64,000 nucleotides of DNA, taken from assembly GCA_030390025.1 (NCBI GenBank), contig CM059432.1, forward strand, positions 57,910,001-57,974,000, given 5' to 3'. This DNA is from Squalus acanthias. Lineage: Eukaryota. The notes below the pieces were generated by a model. The model was given only the letters and a program-made list of their open reading frames with translations, made no database searches and was not told the origin of the DNA. Below are positions 62,077 to 64,000 of this stretch, one piece after another; within the stretch, counting starts at the first letter, position 1; each line of letters begins with the position of its first letter. The position numbers and the translations under genes are program-made.

Positions 62077-62259
62077 TGACGGAACTTTCAACTTTGACGG
62101 GGGTGTAGAACAGGCAATATCAGATCAGCCATCCACTATACGCCCCGCCCAATTTTCCTTTTCATTGAAGTCAATGAAGAAAATCGGGCAGGGTGTATAA
62201 CGGGTGGTTGATCTGATATCGCCCGTTTTACACCCCCGCCATCGTTAAAAGTTCCACCC
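62077..62259. mobile_element. 183-bp palindromic MITE inserted in a CR1 fragment
   Basis: Whole element folds back around ttcattgaagtcaatgaa; AAT TSD. Confidence 0.8.
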
Positions 62260-62326
62260 AATACTCCAGATGCAGTTTCAACAAGGAAACAGACCATTTA
62301 AAAGAAGCTGCTTCAATTTAAATGTT

Positions 62327-63119
62327 GGCCCGGAATTTGTGGTGGGTAATAACAGTGAATGAACAGCCTTCGCCGTTATTACCACTTTGAAACTAACCGC
62401 AACTTCAGGATGTAGCGCATGCGCATCTAAATGCGGAAATCCTGAAGTTGTGGTCAGTTATTCACTGCTCCAACACTGGCTGCACTGTGCCCCCCCCCCC
62501 CACCCCACCCCAACCCCCCGCACCCTCCATAGCCGACAATCAGTGAAATCAATGAAACTGATGAAAACTTTAGCTTTTCCGCAGTAATATCCCTGTTAAA
62601 TACCCCATTAAAAGTTAGGCCTTGTTGGTTTAGGTGTAACTGGGGTTTTAACAGCATATTGACTGCTAAACAAACATTATAGCCCTGAAAAGCTATTTTT
62701 AATTTTATGGAATGTTAAATTTCCCCATAATGATGACAATTACAATTTTTAAGAAACTTAAAAAAATTATATTTTTTTAAAGTTTGCTCATATTTATTTC
62801 AGGTTTACCTTTTCCCCATGTGAGAGCCCCAGTCTTTGTTTTGCTCTCTTTAACATTTTTAAAATGACTGAATAAAAGGAGCTTCTTCACTTCCTGGTTC
62901 TCGGTCTGTGAGAATTCTGCATTGTGATTGGCTGCTTAGACAGCTTGTTGATATCATAGCAGCTCGCACTAGGGATTCTCCACTATTCTACATTGATCTC
63001 ACTTACGCGTCGAGAAAGGCAAGCTTCCCGCCACAGAGTTCGCAAGATCTTTGTGGGCAGCTTTCTTCAGGGCCAGCGACGAACACCTTTGCTTCGCCGC
63101 TGACCGCAAATTCCGGGCC
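62327..63119. mobile_element. Harbinger-type MITE
   Basis: TIR ggcccggaatttg(t/c)ggt; GTT TSD. Confidence 0.9.
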
Positions 63120-63539
63120 GTTATATCCTTTGCTATACAGCCAAACATTTTGTTTATTCTCTTTGCAACCTGGGAATAGTAAATTGATTGTGTTGGTGAG
63201 CTGTCCACCAATATTCTGAGACCCCTTCTGGCTCTGATCCTTCCACTATGTTCCCACTGTGTGTATATATTCCATATCCCCCTTTCTTGCCAGATCTTAC
63301 CACTTTATATTTACCTACATTAAATGCAGTTGCCATTATTCTGCTCATAAACAAAGCATCTTTCTGAATTTGTGCATGATGATTCTTATTATTTGTCACT
63401 GTTCCTATTTTGGCGTCATTCTCAAACTTGAACTGATTCCAGTCTCTAACTCATCTATGAAACTGATAAACAGCAGTGCTGAAGCAATATAAAAAATATA
63501 TTTGAATAATAAACAATGCTAAAAGCCAAAGAAATCTTC

Positions 63540-64000
63540 CTTGTGGAGGGTTGGCTGCCCTTTGCTTACTGACCCTTCTGCCACTGGAAACAGTTTTTCT
63601 TTATTTATTCTCTCAAAACCCTTGTTTGAACACCTTTATCAAATCTTCTCTTGACCTTCTCTGCTCTAAGGAGAACAACCCCAGTTTCTCTAGTCTCTCT
63701 GAAGTCTTTAATTCCTGGTACCATTCTAGTAAATCTCCTTTGCACCCTTTCTAAGGCCTTGACATCCTTCCTAAACTGTGGTGCCCAGAATTGGATACAA
63801 TACTCCAGCTGGGGCCTAACCAGTGTTTTATAAAGGTTTAGCATAACTTTCTTGCTTTTCTACTGTATTCCTCTATTTATAAAGCTAAGGATCCCGTATG
63901 CCTTTTTAACAGCCTTCTCAACTTGTCCTGCCACCTTCAAAGACTTGTGTACAGACACCGCCAGGTTCCGCTGTTCCTGCACCCCCTTTAAAATTGTACC
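63540..64000 (-). mobile_element. CR1 LINE fragment running off the window
   Basis: LYKTLVRPQLEYCIQFWAP..LERVQRRFTRM. Confidence 0.85.

Noticed and set aside
51723..64000. ADCY8 exon 4 equivalent (ILFADVKGFT...) and, at 1-21600, the exon 12 equivalent (YFVFTG...)
   Set aside because: Not found by eye; presumably outside the window, though TBLASTN would be needed to exclude them.

Overview
Vertebrate genomic DNA, most likely a shark or other chondrichthyan judging by its repeat families. The only host gene I can support is adenylate cyclase 8 (ADCY8) on the minus strand. Seven consecutive internal coding exons lie between 21643 and 51722, all with canonical GT-AG sites and one continuous frame; they are equivalent to human exons 5-11 (128/159/271/198/101/202/90 nt). 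The rest is intronic and dominated by nested transposable elements: (i) a full-length but decayed ~4 kb PIF/Harbinger transposon (TIRs, TTA target-site duplication (TSD), DDE transposase and convergent spliced Myb/SANT gene), plus over a dozen Harbinger-type MITEs, nine of the elements having exact 3-bp TSDs; (ii) a MITE family whose copies carry G-rich minisatellites at the same internal site, expanded to ~4.8 kb in one copy; (iii) a Vingi/Ingi-like LINE with a 5' inversion and 10-bp TSD typical of twin priming; (iv) Penelope-like element remnants with minimal hammerhead-ribozyme motifs; (v) CR1, L2 and RTE LINE pieces, Deu-domain and other tRNA SINEs, and a solo LTR. There are no prokaryotic features or CRISPR arrays. 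I did not find a clearly new protein-coding system; the best leads concern transposon biology. Family names come from remembered motifs, not database searches, and edges of decayed repeats are approximate.
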